Below are positions 39,971 through 53,790 of a DNA stretch of 64,000 nt, piece by piece. The translations under genes were made by a program, and so were the position numbers. The stretch's first letter is position 1; each line of letters begins with the position of its first letter. This DNA is from Lama glama (taxonomy: Eukaryota), in the NCBI GenBank assembly GCA_028534125.1, contig CM052816.1, forward strand, positions 100,566,001 to 100,630,000. The letters run 5' to 3'. Under the pieces are notes generated by a model. That model did no database searches. It saw only the letters and a program-made list of their open reading frames with translations, and had not been told where the DNA came from.

Positions 39971-40873
39971 TTTTCTTTGTATTGGTTGTTGTCAAGTCTT
40001 TATGTGCTGTTGGCACGGGGGCAGTTCTGGCTCCATGGCCAGTTTCTCCACATTTTCCTTCTTGCTCCTTTCCGAAGGGCCAGTGCCAGAGGTTGGTTGT
40101 GGCTCTCCAGTGTTCCCCCGCTCAGGACTCGCCAGGGCCATCTCTGCTACCTGTCCTGATGAGGATCTTGAACAGGCACCTTCACCCGTCTCTGCCCTAC
40201 TCACACCCTGAGCTCTTGGCTTTCTGTGAACATGAAACTATGAATCCAAGATGGGCTTCTTTCCCCCCACAAATCCCATCTCTGTGAAGACTCCACCATC
40301 CTCAGCTCGTGGGACCAGACCCTGCGTGTCATCTTTTTCCGTTTTTCCCTTCTGTGTCCTCAGATCTAGTTCCAGCATTCTGACTAAGCCCAGTTCTCCC
40401 CTTGGGCTGAACTACACCAATGTTTTCTTTATGGGTCTCCCTCTCCAATGTCCAGCTCCTGCCCCGGTGTTGGACCCCTCCTCACTTGCCTCACACGGAA
40501 ATCTGACCCTGCCACAGCAGCGGTTAAACTTCTCAGAGCAGGGCAGAGCCCACATCCACAGTGAGCCTGGGCCTCCCCATTCTGCTCTTGGCCTCATATC
40601 CACCTCTTCATGCACACCTGGCTCCACAGGGGTGGAGGAGGCCTTTCAGCTAAGGCAGAGAGAGCCTGCAGACTCACAGGCTGGGCTCAGAGTCTGGCCA
40701 CTTTCCTGTTGGGCTGAGTATCAGCTCAACAACTTTAATAATTTTAAAGTTTCCTTTATTGTTCCAGACGCAGCTTTCTGTTGGAAAAATTGTACTACAA
40801 GCATCATCTCCCTCTGCTGCGTATTATTCCATTTTCTTAGTAAACTCACACACACACACACACACGTGTGCAA

Positions 40874-41077
40874 CTGGCTGAGCCTTGAACAATGAGGGGG
40901 GTGGTTAGGGGAGCCACCCCCCTGTATTCAAAAGTGTGTGCATAACTTTACCATCTGCACACCGCACCTGCACGTCTGCCCCTGGGGGCTCAGCCAGCTG
41001 CATGTGGTAGTTCTGTGGTACGTGCTTATTGAGAAAAGTCCAAGTGTAAGTGGACCCGTGTTATTCAAGATCAACTG
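40874..41077. mobile_element. Tigger2-family (TcMar) MITE
   Basis: Degenerate terminal inverted repeats 'ctggctgagccttgaacaa' ... 'ttattcaagatcaactg'; internal 'gtaagtggaccc'. Confidence 0.75.
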
Positions 41078-41129
41078 TGTGTGTGCGTGTGTGTGTGTAT
41101 TGTGTTCTCCCAATCTATACACTGCATTG

Positions 41130-43610
41130 TCTGTTGCCAATGCACTGGAGTACAATAATTCATCTTTATATGGCGATTTTGTATATAGCGACCTTACTAA
41201 ATCTACTTTTTTATTTCAGTAATCTACTTCTGGATTTTAGGGTTGTTTATATATACGTGTATATATGTATTTATCTATAGGATTATGTCATCTGAAAACA
41301 GGAACAGTTTTATTAGTTCTTTTCCGATCTTTTTAATCTTTATTCTGTGTGTGTGTGTGTGTGTGTGTGGAATCACACACACAGTGTATGCTTATTCTCA
41401 ATTTTCATGTCATGGTATTTTACCAATATGTGTGATGTTAGCTGTAGTTTTTTCATATATACATAAAATTTGTCAGTTTAAGAAAATTTTCTTCTATCCT
41501 GTATTTTTTGGAATTTGTAGAAGTTATATCAAAGAGATGTTGAATTTTTCACATGCTATATACACACCTAGTGTGTTATTATCCAAATTTTCTCCTTTAT
41601 TTTATTGAAGTAGTGAAATGCATTGACTTTTACATATTAAATTCAATCTGTTATCCTTGAAATAAACTTAACTTTATTATGGTGCTATATTATTTTTTTA
41701 TTTTTAATTTTTACATTTTTATTGAGTTATAGTCATTTTACAATGTTGTGTCAAATTCTGGTGTAGAGCACAATTTTTTCAGTTATACATGAGCATACAT
41801 ATATTCATTGTAGCATTTTTTTTTTTGCTGTGAGCCACCACAAGATCCTGTGTGTATATGTATATATTTCCCTGTGCTATACAGTACAATCTTGTTTATC
41901 TATTCTACATATGCCTGTAAGTATCTACAAATTTTGAAATCCCAGTCTGTCCCTTCCCACCCCCTACACCCTTGGCAACCACAAGTTTGTATTCTATGTC
42001 TATGAGTCTGTTTCTGTTTCATATTTATGTTCTTTATTTTCATTTCTTTCTTTATTTTTTTAGATTCCACATATGAGCGATCTCATATGGTATTTTTCTT
42101 TCTCTTTCTGGCTTACTTCACTTAGAATGACATTCTCCAGGAGCATCCCTGTTGCTGCAAATGGCATTATGTTGTTACTTTTTATGGCTGAACAGTATTC
42201 CATTGTATAAATATACCACATCTTCTTTATCCGGTCATCTGTTGATGGACATTTAGGCAAACAGCCCAATCCAAAAATGGGCAGAAGACGTAAATAAGCA
42301 ATTCTCCAAGGAAGAAATACAAATGAACAATAGGCACATGAAAAAATGTTTAATATCACTAATTATCAGAGAAATACAAATCAAAACTACGATGAGGTAC
42401 CACCTCACACCAGCCAGAATGGCCATCATTCAGAAGTCCACAAATGACAAATGCTGGAGAGGCTGTGGAGAAAGGGGACCCTCCTACACTGCTGGTGGGA
42501 ATGCAGTTTGGTGCAGCCACTGTGGAAAACAGGATGGAGATTCCACAAAAGACTAGGAATTGACTTACCGTATAACCCAGGAATCCCGCTCCTGGGCATA
42601 TATCCAGAAGGAACCCTACTTCACAATGACACCTGCACCCCAATGTTCATAGCAGCACTATTTACAATAGCCAAGACATGGATTTAGTATTTTTTGTATA
42701 TTAATAAATTTATAGGCAAGGTACCTGGGCCTGAATATTTTTTTGGAAGGTTTTTCATTATGTATTTAATTTCATAGTAAATTCAGGGCTGTTTCAAATG
42801 CTCTACTTCGTCTGTGTCAGTTTTAGAAAGTTGTGTTTTTCTAGTAATTTGACAATTTCATTTAAATTTTCAAATTTATTGCCATAAATTATTCAGAATT
42901 TTTCTTTTCTTTTTACTGTCTGTGCGATCTGTAGTGGTGTCACCTTTTTCACTATTATATCAATTACATGCTGTCTCCTTATCTCCCTTGTAACCTTCCC
43001 ACACCCACCCTGGTGATGTCCCTTGTCAAGTCTGTATTCATTTTATTAGTTTACTCAGATTAACCTCTTAGTTTTGATAATTACCTCCACCATATTTTTA
43101 GTATCCATTTCATTAATTTTAGCTTATATTTTTATTATGTCCTACTTTTTTGCTGATTTCTTGATGCATGAATTATGAAAAATACATTTAGTACCATAAC
43201 ATTTCTCAAGACAAAATTTAAGGTGCATCACCCAAGTTTTTATGTAATAATGTATTTTAATTTTTATCTAGTTCAGACTATTTTCTAGTTGGCATTGTGG
43301 TTTATTCCTTATACATCAGTTATTTAGAAATGCATTGCTTAATTTTGAAACATACGAATATTTTCCAGTTTCTTCCTCTTGTCTTTGATTTATGGCTTGC
43401 CTCCACTGTTGTCAAGGTATGTACTCTGAATGATTTCAGGTCTTCGAAATTTGTTGAATCCTGTTTTATGGCTCAGCATATGGTCATCTTTCATAAATGT
43501 TCCGTGAGCCTTCAAAAATGCATATTTTGTAGTAATTAGCTCCAATATCCTGAGCATGTTAATTGAGACATTAACATGTTGAAATCTATAACTCTACTGA
43601 TGTTTGCCCT
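41130..43610 (-). mobile_element. Ancient decayed L1 ORF2 fragments; host of the young insertion at 41693-42681
   Basis: 'gattatgtcatctgaaaacaggaacagttttattagttc', 'gttttatggctcagcatatggtc'. Confidence 0.65.
41693..42681 (-). mobile_element. Young 5'-inverted L1: minus segment 41693-42258, inverted plus segment 42259-42681
   Basis: Minus [21 protein letters not shown]...; plus ...[14 protein letters not shown]...PMFIAALFTIAKTW; only about 5 nt (aaaca) missing between the two segments. Confidence 0.92.
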
Positions 43611-46600
43611 TACATACTTTAGACACAAATCCCTTATCTGATGTATGATTTGCAAATATTTTCTCCTATTCTGAGCTGTCCTTTCATTTTCTTGATATTG
43701 TTCTTTGAAGCACAAGTGTTTTGCTTTTTTTTTAATTTGATGAAGTTCGATGTAGTTATTTATTTTTCTTTTGCTTGTGCTTTTGGTGCTATGGCTAAGA
43801 AACCATGCCCTAATTTGAAGTCAGAAAGATTCACACCTATGCTTTCTTCTAGAATTGTATGGATTTAGTGCTCATATTTAGATCTTTAGTCCATTTTGAG
43901 TAAAATGTTGTATGTAGTGTGAGGTGGAGGCCAAATTTCATTGTTTTGTATGTAGATATACTGTTGTCCCAGCACCTTTAGTTAAAAAGACTTTTTTTCC
44001 CCACTGAATGGTCTTGATTCTTTGTCAAAAATCAATTGATCTGGACGTATGAGTTTATTTCTGGATTCAGTTCTATTCCATTAATCTCCATCTGTCTTCT
44101 GTATATTTGTAGTAAGATTGAAATTCAGAAAGTATGAATCTTCTAACTTTGTTCTTCTTTTTCCAGTTTGTTTTGATTATTTTGGATCCCTTGCATTTTC
44201 ACGCAAATTACAGGTTTTCAGTTTCTGCATGCACGTGCGTGTGTGTGTGTGTGTGCGCACACACACACACACATCAGCTGGGAAGCTGACTGAGATTATT
44301 CTGAATCTATAGATCAATTTGGGGAATATTGCCATCTTGACAACATTCAACTTCCAATCCAGACACAGATGTATTTCCATTAATTTTTATTTAACTGTAA
44401 CTACTTTCAATGACATTTTGTAGTTTTAAGGGTACAGTCTTGTGTTTGCAAAATGTTTTCCTTAATACACTAGATGCTGTTCTAAAGGGGTTATTTCCTT
44501 AAAATCCTTTTCAGATTGTTTATTCCTAGAATAAAGAAATACAACTGATATTTGTGTTTTCATCTTTTACCCTGAAACTTTGCTGAACTCAGTTATTAGC
44601 TTCAATGCATTGTTTTTTCTTCTCTTTGCTCGTACATGTGAATGTGGGAATTCCTTAGGAGTTTTTATCTGTCAGAACACATCATCAACAGATAGTGGTG
44701 CTCTCATTTCTCATTTTCACCATTTTTTTTCCCAGTCTGGATGTTCTTTTTTTCTCTTTTCTTGTCTAATGATCCTGGATGGAACCTCCGGGACAACTCT
44801 GCATAGAAATGAGCAGATGCCCTTGTCTTGTTCCTCATCTTAGAATCTTAGAAGGAAAGTTTTCAGCCTTTCACTGTTGAGTATGATGTTAGCTATGGAT
44901 TGTGTTTTTTTTTAATAAATTCCCTTTATGAGGTTGAGAAAGTCCCCTCTTATTCCTAGTTTTTTGAGTGTGTTTATTACAAAAGTGTTAAATTTAGACA
45001 AATAACTGTTTTCACATCTATGAGATTGTCATGTGATTTTTGTCCTTTATTCTGCTAATACAGTTTGTTGCACCCATTGATTTTTATACCTTGAGTATTT
45101 TTGCATTACTAGGATAAATTCTACTTGATCATGGTGTGCAATCCTTTTTATATATTGCTAGATTAAGTTTGCTGGTATTTTGTGGAATATTTTGGTACCT
45201 GTATTCATTGCCTTGTATTTTCTGTTTCCTGGGATGTTTTTGTCTGGTCTTGGTACCAGAGTAATACTGGTATCACAGAATTAGTTGAGAAATGTTACCT
45301 GATATTCTGTTTCCTGGAAGTGTTTGTGAGGGATTGGTATTAATTCTTCTTTAAATGTTTAGTAAAATTCACCAATGAGGTCCTCTGCTGAGTGTTTCCT
45401 TGTGGGAAATTTTTGATTATTCGTTCTCCTTATTTGTTACAGGTTCATTCAAAACTTTGAATGTCTTTTGGGGCCAGTTTCAGTGGTTTGTGTCTGTCTG
45501 GGGATGTTTGCATGTCACCAGAGTTACTTAATTAGTTGGCACTTGGTTTTCTGCAGTGTCCGTTGTGGCTGTTATTTCTGCAAGGCTGGTAGTTACAGCT
45601 CCTCTTCCATTCCTTTAGTCATTCGAGTCTTCTCTTTTTTCCCCTTGGTTATTCTAGCTGGCAGTTTGTCATTTTTTATTTATCTTTACAAAGAACTAAC
45701 TTTTCTGATTCATTGATTTTTCTCTGTTTTATCCATCCATTTGATTTATTATACTCAAATATTTATGATTTCCTTCCTTCTGCTTGTTTTGGTTTCTGCA
45801 CACTCTTCTTTTTTCTAGTCACTCAGGTGGGCGGTGAGGTTCTCTGAGATGCTTCTCCTTGAATACAGGCACCGTAGCTATAAATTTCCCTTGAAGCACT
45901 GCTTCACCTGAATTCCATGAAATTTTGTATATCCTGTTTGTTTTCATTTATTTCAAAGTATTTTTATCTTGTGGGTTTTTTTTACCCATTTATAATTTAG
46001 AATTGTGTTAATTTGCACATGCTTGTGAATTGCCCAAATTACTTCAGATATTGACTTCTAATTTTATCCCATTTTGGTCTGAAAGCTTACTTTGTAAGAC
46101 TCCAATCTTTGTTAAAATATTGAAGCTTTTTATTTTTAATGTCTTCTTAACATATGACCTATCCTGCTAGTAACACGTTTTTCCAGTTTTTCTTTGTTAG
46201 GGGATGTCTTAATTTCTCCCTCATTTTTAAAGAATGGTTTTTCAGGATACACATGCTTGGTTTACAGACTTTTCCTTCCAGCCTCCACAGTGGCCGATAA
46301 GAACCTCCTCTTTCTCTCACTGAGAACCCTGTGCACCTGCACAGCTGTGGGCTGCTGCTTCTCCAGGCACCCTCTGTCCTGCCTTCAGTTTCTGCTTCCC
46401 TCTGACTCCCATGATGTGTGTGTCTGTACCTCGATGGTGTCCCACAGGGCTCTATTCATTTCTCTTCATTCTTTATTTTTTCTGCTCCTCCAACTGGATA
46501 ATTTCAATTGACCTTCCTTCAGATTCCTGGAATCCTACTCCAATCTGTTGGTGAGCCTCTTTAGTAAAATTTGTATTTCAATCTCGAACTTTTCAGCTTC

Positions 46601-48050
46601 ACAATTTGGATTTGGTTCTTTTTTTCTGACACTCACACACACACACACACGTATATTGTATTTTCCATTTGGTGAGACGTGATTCTCGTCCTTTTCTTTG
46701 GTTACCTAAGCATGGCTCCTTCTGGTTCTGTGAAAATACATCAAGCAGATGATTTATGTGCTTTGGCTGTTATGTCCGAAGGCTGGGCTCCTCCGGGGCC
46801 TTTCAGTTTACTGCTCTGTTTCCCTCTGTGCTTGGGTCATACTTTCTTGCTTCTTTGCATGTCTCATATTTGTCGTTGTTGTTGAAAATTGGATTTTTCA
46901 ATTACAAAATGTGGTAGCTCTGAAGGTCAGACCCTCTCCACCTGCAGGGTTTTATGTAGTTGCTCTTTGCTTTTGGTTAAGTTTACTTACTCACTTTTTA
47001 AACTAATTCTGTACATCTGTATTTTCTGTCAGGTGTGACCACTGAAGTCTCTGCCTAGGTGGTTTAGTGGTCAGCAAACATTTGGACAGGGATGTCCACA
47101 AGTTTCCCATCTTTGCTGAGGGTCTGCATGTGCATGGTGGGGAGCACCTTTAGCACACAGCCAGACAGATTGCACCTCTGCCTCATCCTTCCTGCTCTTG
47201 CAGAGCCTCGAGGGTACAAAAGATAAGAGCTCAGGGCATTCTCACCTCTCTCTGGAGCATATGCACAGCCCTGGACATGCACAGATCCATCCATAATCCA
47301 GCGACTATATTGAGATTTCTCAAGCATCTATAGACATCTCATCCTCTAGCTTTTTTGGTTAGCCTGACAGTTTCTCTGACTGTGATCTATTGCCTCAAGC
47401 AACCTCAGTATTTAACAGTTGCCTCCAATTGTTTTTGACATTCATCACTGGGGAAAAGGCTGTTCTGCTGGGGGAGCTCCAAATGAGGTCAAGTAAAGAC
47501 AGCCTCATGAGTGCGTTTCCCAGGGAACAACCAGACAGGTCAAACAAGGCCAGTTTGGGGGAGGGGGTTTGAAGGATCTCCCACATTTTTTCTGCTCCAG
47601 TGGCTGCCAGCCTGCTGCTGTTTACCACGAATGTGGGCTGTTGGTTTTAAAGCCCACCCTAGCACTAGGGGAGAGGGGCGGAAATAGGGGAAATTAAAAT
47701 GTCCACAGCTCACTCTTCCATATGAAATTCAGATGTGTTTTTCTTGAATAAACACTCCCTGCATTGCTATAAGCCCTTGGTTAATTTCCAGAGATTTGAA
47801 AATGTGATTCTGGCAAGTTCTGTACAATGTTCTCTTTGGTTTTATGGGTGAAACAATTTTCAGAGCTCCTTTTTCTGCTGTTTTCATTGAAATTCCCTTT
47901 GCTGCCATGACCTTTGAAGGTTAAGTCACATAGCATAGAATTCTTTTTTGGCAGTCACTTATCTTCAACATTTAAAATATGTCATAGATTCTATTCTAGC
48001 TTCCATTGTTTCCATCGAGAAGTCAGCCGTCACTCTCGTTGTCTTAGGTT
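43611..48050 (-). mobile_element. Old L1M fragments (ORF2, then ORF1/5' UTR-like sequence)
   Basis: ORF2 peptide LNVVKMAIFPKLIYRF; continuous antisense L1-like T-rich sequence; boundaries approximate. Confidence 0.7.
44240..44273. repeat. Perfect 34-bp palindrome (TG)8-CG-(CA)8
   Basis: tgtgtgtgtgtgtgtgcgcacacacacacacaca. Confidence 0.95.
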
Positions 48051-48109
48051 TCTAGTTTTGAAGTTGATATGACCTTTCTTTCTGGCTCCTTCAATGATTT
48101 GTTTGTTCT

Positions 48110-48302
48110 CAGTGGTTCTCTCTGGTACTAAGTAACTGAAGTATGTGGGATCACTTTTGTTGTCACAATGACTGGGATCACCACTGGTGTTTTGTTGGCA
48201 AAGTTCAGGAATTATAACATTTCTGTAATTCATGGGAGAGTTCTATAATGAGCTAAAAAAAAATTCCTGGTGAAAGTTCAATGATTCCTCATTGAAAAAT
48301 TA
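48110..48302. mobile_element. MER20-like hAT DNA transposon relic
   Basis: Begins cagtggttctc; contains 'ttttgttgtcacaatgactggg...cactgg'. Confidence 0.55.
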
Positions 48303-51044
48303 CAGCAAAGGAGATTCAATGACTGGAGAGAAATCCACCCCACATCATGACCTTCAGGCTGTGGCATCTGAACACTTTGGACCCTCCACTGGTGTGACTG
48401 AGGTCCTTAACATTCACATTTCCAAGGGCAATGTGAGCTCAAGATCTGGGAAAATCTGGTCCCCAAAAGGAAATCAGAGATTCCTACCGCTGTGCATCTT
48501 GGGAAGCCACTTTGACTCCAAGGGAGAAAAACGGAGAAAGAATTAAGATGTATTTTCCCTCAGAAATTGGCAGTCAGGTGGAGGGAGGAATGGAATCCTG
48601 GTCCCAGAGGAAACAAGAGATCAGAGTAAGTTCAGTAAGGCGTTTCTGTTCTGAGATGCTTTGCTGGACCTCACAAGGGAGGTGCTAGTGATTGGATCCC
48701 AAATTCAGGAAAACACCTGATTTTGCTAGACTCGGTTTTCAAAAAGTTATTCCATAGCAATGGATTAGATGAAAGAAAGCTAGAATGACCCCACCTCTGT
48801 CTACCAAGTGAAGGCTAGAACTTAAAAAGTCTATCCATAGTTTTCCAACAACCAGCTCTCAGTTTTATTTCCATGGAGGCAAAGATGTACACTCTTCGTA
48901 TACATCCTTCAGGGTGAATAATCCTTAAGGGGCAACGTTCTGAAAGGGGAAGAACTAGCTAAATCCATCTCAGGTCTCTTACAACTCCTAGTTATTAACT
49001 TGAGGTCAGTTCACGTCCTCCTGTGAAATCTGGTCTCTAGCTGACAAGGAATACGACTGATACTTCCGTTGTGCCGTGAGACGCTCATTTTCATGTGAAC
49101 ATTGTCCTTTAGTTCAGGAAGCAGAGAACATCTAAGATGCCCAGGCTTCTCACTGGTGTCATCCTTCAAGGGAAAAAGGAAGCAAAACTCTTCCCATGTG
49201 GCCAATAGTCAGAGATTTTATGTTAGCACAAACTTGCCGAGTGGATTTCTCTAGATAAATTCTGGGGGTTGTAAAAGTGTCCAGGGAATTGTTCAGACAG
49301 ATGAGTGTAGAGGTTCATGGCAGCCTTGGTGGCCACCAAGTACCTAGTGCAACCGAGCGGATGCTCTCTGGACTGTTCCCACTCTCCACGGAGAGAGGTA
49401 TATTCTCTTGGTGTTACACAAAGTCAGCCTGGTACAGCATCCTAGGACCCCACTCCCAAATACACTGATTCCTCGCTGCCATCTGAACCCGCCACTGCAG
49501 CTCCCCGACAGTGCTCCCTCACTGCCCCCCAGTGCTGGCGTGTCTGGAGACGCCCTTTCCTGTTTCTTTCTCTGCAGGATGAATGCTGCATTCACGTCCC
49601 GCTGGGGAAAAGGGCAGCTTTTGCAACTCAGGAGTGCTCCAAAAATTTGCATAGGTAATTAGATTCCATCGCAGCAAGAACAACAAGACCATTTAATGTG
49701 GAGGACGAGGGTTTTAAATAATAGAAACTCCTCTTAGGTGAATTTATGAAGAAACTGTGAAAAGTTATAACAATAATGTGTGCCCTTCCATACACTCTAC
49801 TCTGTGAGTGTAAGTGGTCCTGAATCATTTATGCCGACATGCAGGAAACTGATAAATTTTGAACAAATTTAATTGAAATCCCCCCTGGAGTGAATGTGAA
49901 GGAAGGATTAAATTTAATGGTCTCACCGAGCGTCACAGCCCTCGCCCGCTCCCTTCTGAAGTCTGTCTTTTTTTCCCCTGAAATAAAAGATTCCAAACCT
50001 CAATCAAGAACGAATGTGAGTTTAATCATACCTTAGAAATGAAAAGCATGGCCCTTTGCTGTGTAATGAGACTTGAAGAAGATGTTTAGCCGGACAGAGC
50101 GCGACGCCCCGCTGCACTGAGCTGGGATGCGGGGGATGTGAGCCCTGTTTGAGGGCTCCGTCCGCTCTCCCGGGACAGGGTGCCCCCCGAGCGTCACACA
50201 CACCCGAGCGGGTGGGGGTAGCCTCTGCTCCAGGGCAGGACGCCCACGTCCCCACGAAGTCATCACCTGGGCCCCAGCCACGTGGCTTACTCAGAAAGCC
50301 CCACTTTTCAAACTTGATGATTACAAATCCTTGACTGACAGATTAGAGGACAGCCCATCTTATGGTGGGGAGAGGCCAGCTGACTCTTCCACAGCCCGGA
50401 AGGCTGGGTGGCCCAAATTCCCTGAAACCCAAAGCACTCAGGCAGGGAGGTGAGTGTGGTCATCCAGAAGGACAGAGAACCCAGGCCGGCTGCAGAGATG
50501 GGGCGTCCACTCCTGAGACAGTGGTCAGCTGCCAGGAGAACTGGCCCGTCAGCGCCTGAAAAGCGTGGGGGTGGGGTGCAGGTCCTCCTCTCTCTGTCTT
50601 TCTCTCACAGGGAGCAGTCTGCCCTGACCTGGGAGAGGGCAGTGCCACCTGCCCTGACCCTTCACCTCTGAGTGTGGCCATGGGGGACACATGGTCCTGT
50701 CTTACAGAGACCCTGGTGATGGTGAGGGGGTCGATCCCTCGCTGACTCAGAGCTGACAGCCCAGGTCCTACTTTGTTTCTTCTCTGAGAGCCTCAGTGGA
50801 CGCTCACATGGGCAGGGAGACAGGGGTTGCGTGACCTCAGGGACACTACATGCTTCCAGCCTGGTTCCGCCAGCTCAGCAGGGGCTGGTGCCAGAGGCCC
50901 ACGGGGAACCCCGAGGAGGAGCCGAGAGTCTTTCCTTCTCCCAGCAGGGTGTCCGTGGGCCCTCAGGCAGGAGCCGGGCCTGTGGGTGCTGGACTGCAGG
51001 CCTGAGACAGCTGTCTGTTTATGGAATGAGGGGTGTCATGACCA

Positions 51045-51360
51045 GCATCTTAGCCACTGGGGCTCCGATAACCGAAGGCCACAGATGGAGCTCGGACAAC
51101 AGACATTCTTCCTCCCAGTCTGGAAGCCTGACCAGAGGTCCACAATCCAGGTGCCGGCAGTTTCCGTGTCCGGGGAGGGCCTCCCCTGGGTCACAGACGC
51201 GCCTTCCCCATGTCCTCATGTGGAGGAAGGGGCGAGGGACCCTCTGGGGTCTGTTATCAGGGCCCTGACCCTACCCTGGGGGCTCCACCCTCCTGACCGC
51301 CTCCTGCCCGAGGCCCCACCTCTACCCTGAGGGTTAGGACTCCACAGTCCATCTACAACA
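51045..51360 (-). mobile_element. MLT1A-like MaLR solo LTR, GC-shifted
   Basis: 'caacagacattcttcctcccagtctggaag...tccacaatccaggtgccggcag...tgtcctcatgtggaggaagggg...gggttaggac'. Confidence 0.75.
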
Positions 51361-53359
51361 AACAGAAAAGAAATTCCTTCACAAATGAAAGGGTCTCACC
51401 TAGAAAAGACCTCCAGCTTTCATTCCAGCCAGAGGTTTCAGGAGACAAAAGGAATCAGTTCTTACCCCAAAACAGACCTGAAAACCAAAACAAGGAACAG
51501 TTGTCGCTGGCGTCAGAGAGGGGGCAGAGCTGCTCCGGGAGGGAGCCCGGGGGACCGGGGTGCCTGCAGCCGGAGGGTGCGGGGGCTGCAGGTCGGGGAC
51601 CTCGGGGTTCCCCCTCGGGCCCCAAGGAGGGGAGGGGGCTGTCCCCAAAGGTCGGGTTCCCTGCCGGGGTCTGCACAGACCACGCAGGGCCGGTGTCCCT
51701 CCTCCGCCGTGGGACAGGGACAGTGTGAGTAATGACGCTGAGAAACGTGGAGACCGGTGGGCCATCGCCGGGTGAGGACCAGAGGACACTCTCATTTCAA
51801 GCCTGGTTCACACGAGAACTTCAGTTCAACAGAAACCCAGACATTTTTTAAACACGCCTTTCCATGTCCTCTGCGGTTTTTAGTTTCAGTTTTAATTTCC
51901 ACACGACAGACACTGCCCAGTAAATAAAACCTCTCGCTTCCACCCTCCCTCGCTCCTTCCCCCCCCACCTCCCCAGGAATGGGTGTCTGTGTCCCTCTGA
52001 GGGGCAAAGCCCCTCCTGTGGGCGCTGTGGAGCAGAGGAGGGCCACACGTTAACCCAGCAGAGTACTTCCCGTCAGAACGTGGCCCTCTGCGTCCCGCAC
52101 TGACCGCAGAGCCGGCGGGGAAGCCAAGGCGCCAACACCTCCCAGCGTGCTGGCTGCGGCATCTCCGCGCACACCGAAGAGGGCGGTCCGGGGGCCTCCT
52201 CTCCGTCTCCAGGCTGGGCTCGGCCCCGCTGGATTCACCAGTGTTCGTCCCAACGCCCGCATTTCAACCGCGTTTCCAAATACAAAGCCTTCAGCTGCAT
52301 CAGACGCTTCGATGTCTCTGGGTGTCAGGCTTGGTTTTCAAATGTAAATGTGCCCCAGGTTAGTGTTAGTAAGTCACCTGGCGCTGGACCAGAAGCGCAC
52401 CTGTCAGGTGCGGCCCCTGCCCTTCCACCTTCATGTAATCCTTCATGTCGCGTATCAAAGACTCCCTCCCGCCCCGAGTTGAAAGCAAAATTATTCTCAA
52501 AGGAATTTATGACAAATACAATTATCCCTTTTAAGGCAGGGATGTTTTACCTACCAGCACATTAAGAACACACAGCGCCAGGAAACAGCCATCGCGTCTA
52601 CGATCACCATGCTACGTTTAGAGAACACAATGGATCCTTCCATCAGAGCGAGAAATGCGTGGCTTCCCGCGCGCAGGTCCTGCGATGCTCATCTGGGGAA
52701 ATCACGGCTCCCCGGGCATCCATGCCGGGCCAGCGTCCCCTTAGGCGGGGCTGCAGCCCCGTGGTTGGGGCAGATTCATGTTTGGGGGAACCCTCGTGGG
52801 TGGCGGTGGGACGGGGACACCTCCCCACACCCTGGCGGAGTTCCCCCTCCTCCCTAACGTTCAGGCCGTGCCCAGCAGATTCTCCTCACGGGAGGCTGGA
52901 GACCGCTCTGCTTCAGTCTTTTACTAACAGAATGACAGACACTGGGGTCATCCGGGCCCCCTTCACCATCGTCAGACCGCTCCTGGGGATTTCTGTTCTC
53001 ACCCGAAGCTTCGCTTCGAGCTTTTACAGTCCCCAAACCAGGCATCAGAACGAGCCGAGCCTGGGATTCCCAGTTAGTCGCTCATCCCAAGAAGCGGCAG
53101 TAAGTCAGGGGCCACGGGACGGCAGACCGGCGCCCGTAGCTTCCCAGGTCACGGCTGTCCTTCAGAACCTCTCTGGTGTCCACACTGCAGCTCCTGTACA
53201 AGTCCAGCCTGCGTGTCAGACTTCCGGACTTCTAGTTGGTTCCACTTTCTCTCATTATTATAAGAAATGGTCCAGTGGACATACGCCCTTTTCCCATTCA
53301 CAACTGTGGGGAACATTGTTCCTGGCCATACATTTTACATGAATATATGATTTTAAATG

Positions 53360-53790
53360 TTCTGATTATGAAATCAGCAATTTAGAAAACAGTAAAATAT
53401 ATAGTAAAAAAAGAAAAAATAATAACCTGTAATCTTACTTCCTAGGTCTATTTTAAACACTTCGGGGCAGCTTTATCCACAGCCCTTTTTTAATGTGTAT
53501 GTGGATATTTATGTTTTCCTCTTTTAAGTTTGGAACCGTAAGTGGTTGCTTTTTAAAAAACTGTTATTTGAATATCCATTTCTTGGAAAATTCTATTATT
53601 TGAATGTTCATAGTATGAGGTATTTTGCCTGCCATCATGTGGGAGTTTACTGGATGGACACGGGGACACACTGATCCTGTCTCTACAGGCCGGCTTCTCA
53701 GCTCTCCCACGTGCTGCCGTTATGAACTGGGCCATGACGTGCGGACATGTGCGTAAATCCTCTGCGCATCTCCGCTCTCTTCGCAGGCTG
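53360..53790 (-). mobile_element. Ancient L1ME-like 3' end remnant
   Basis: Weak similarity to antisense L1ME 3' UTR. Confidence 0.35.

Noticed and set aside
42060..42687. Chimeric ORFs joining sense and antisense L1 ORF2 peptides
   Set aside because: Products of the L1 inversion junction, not a gene
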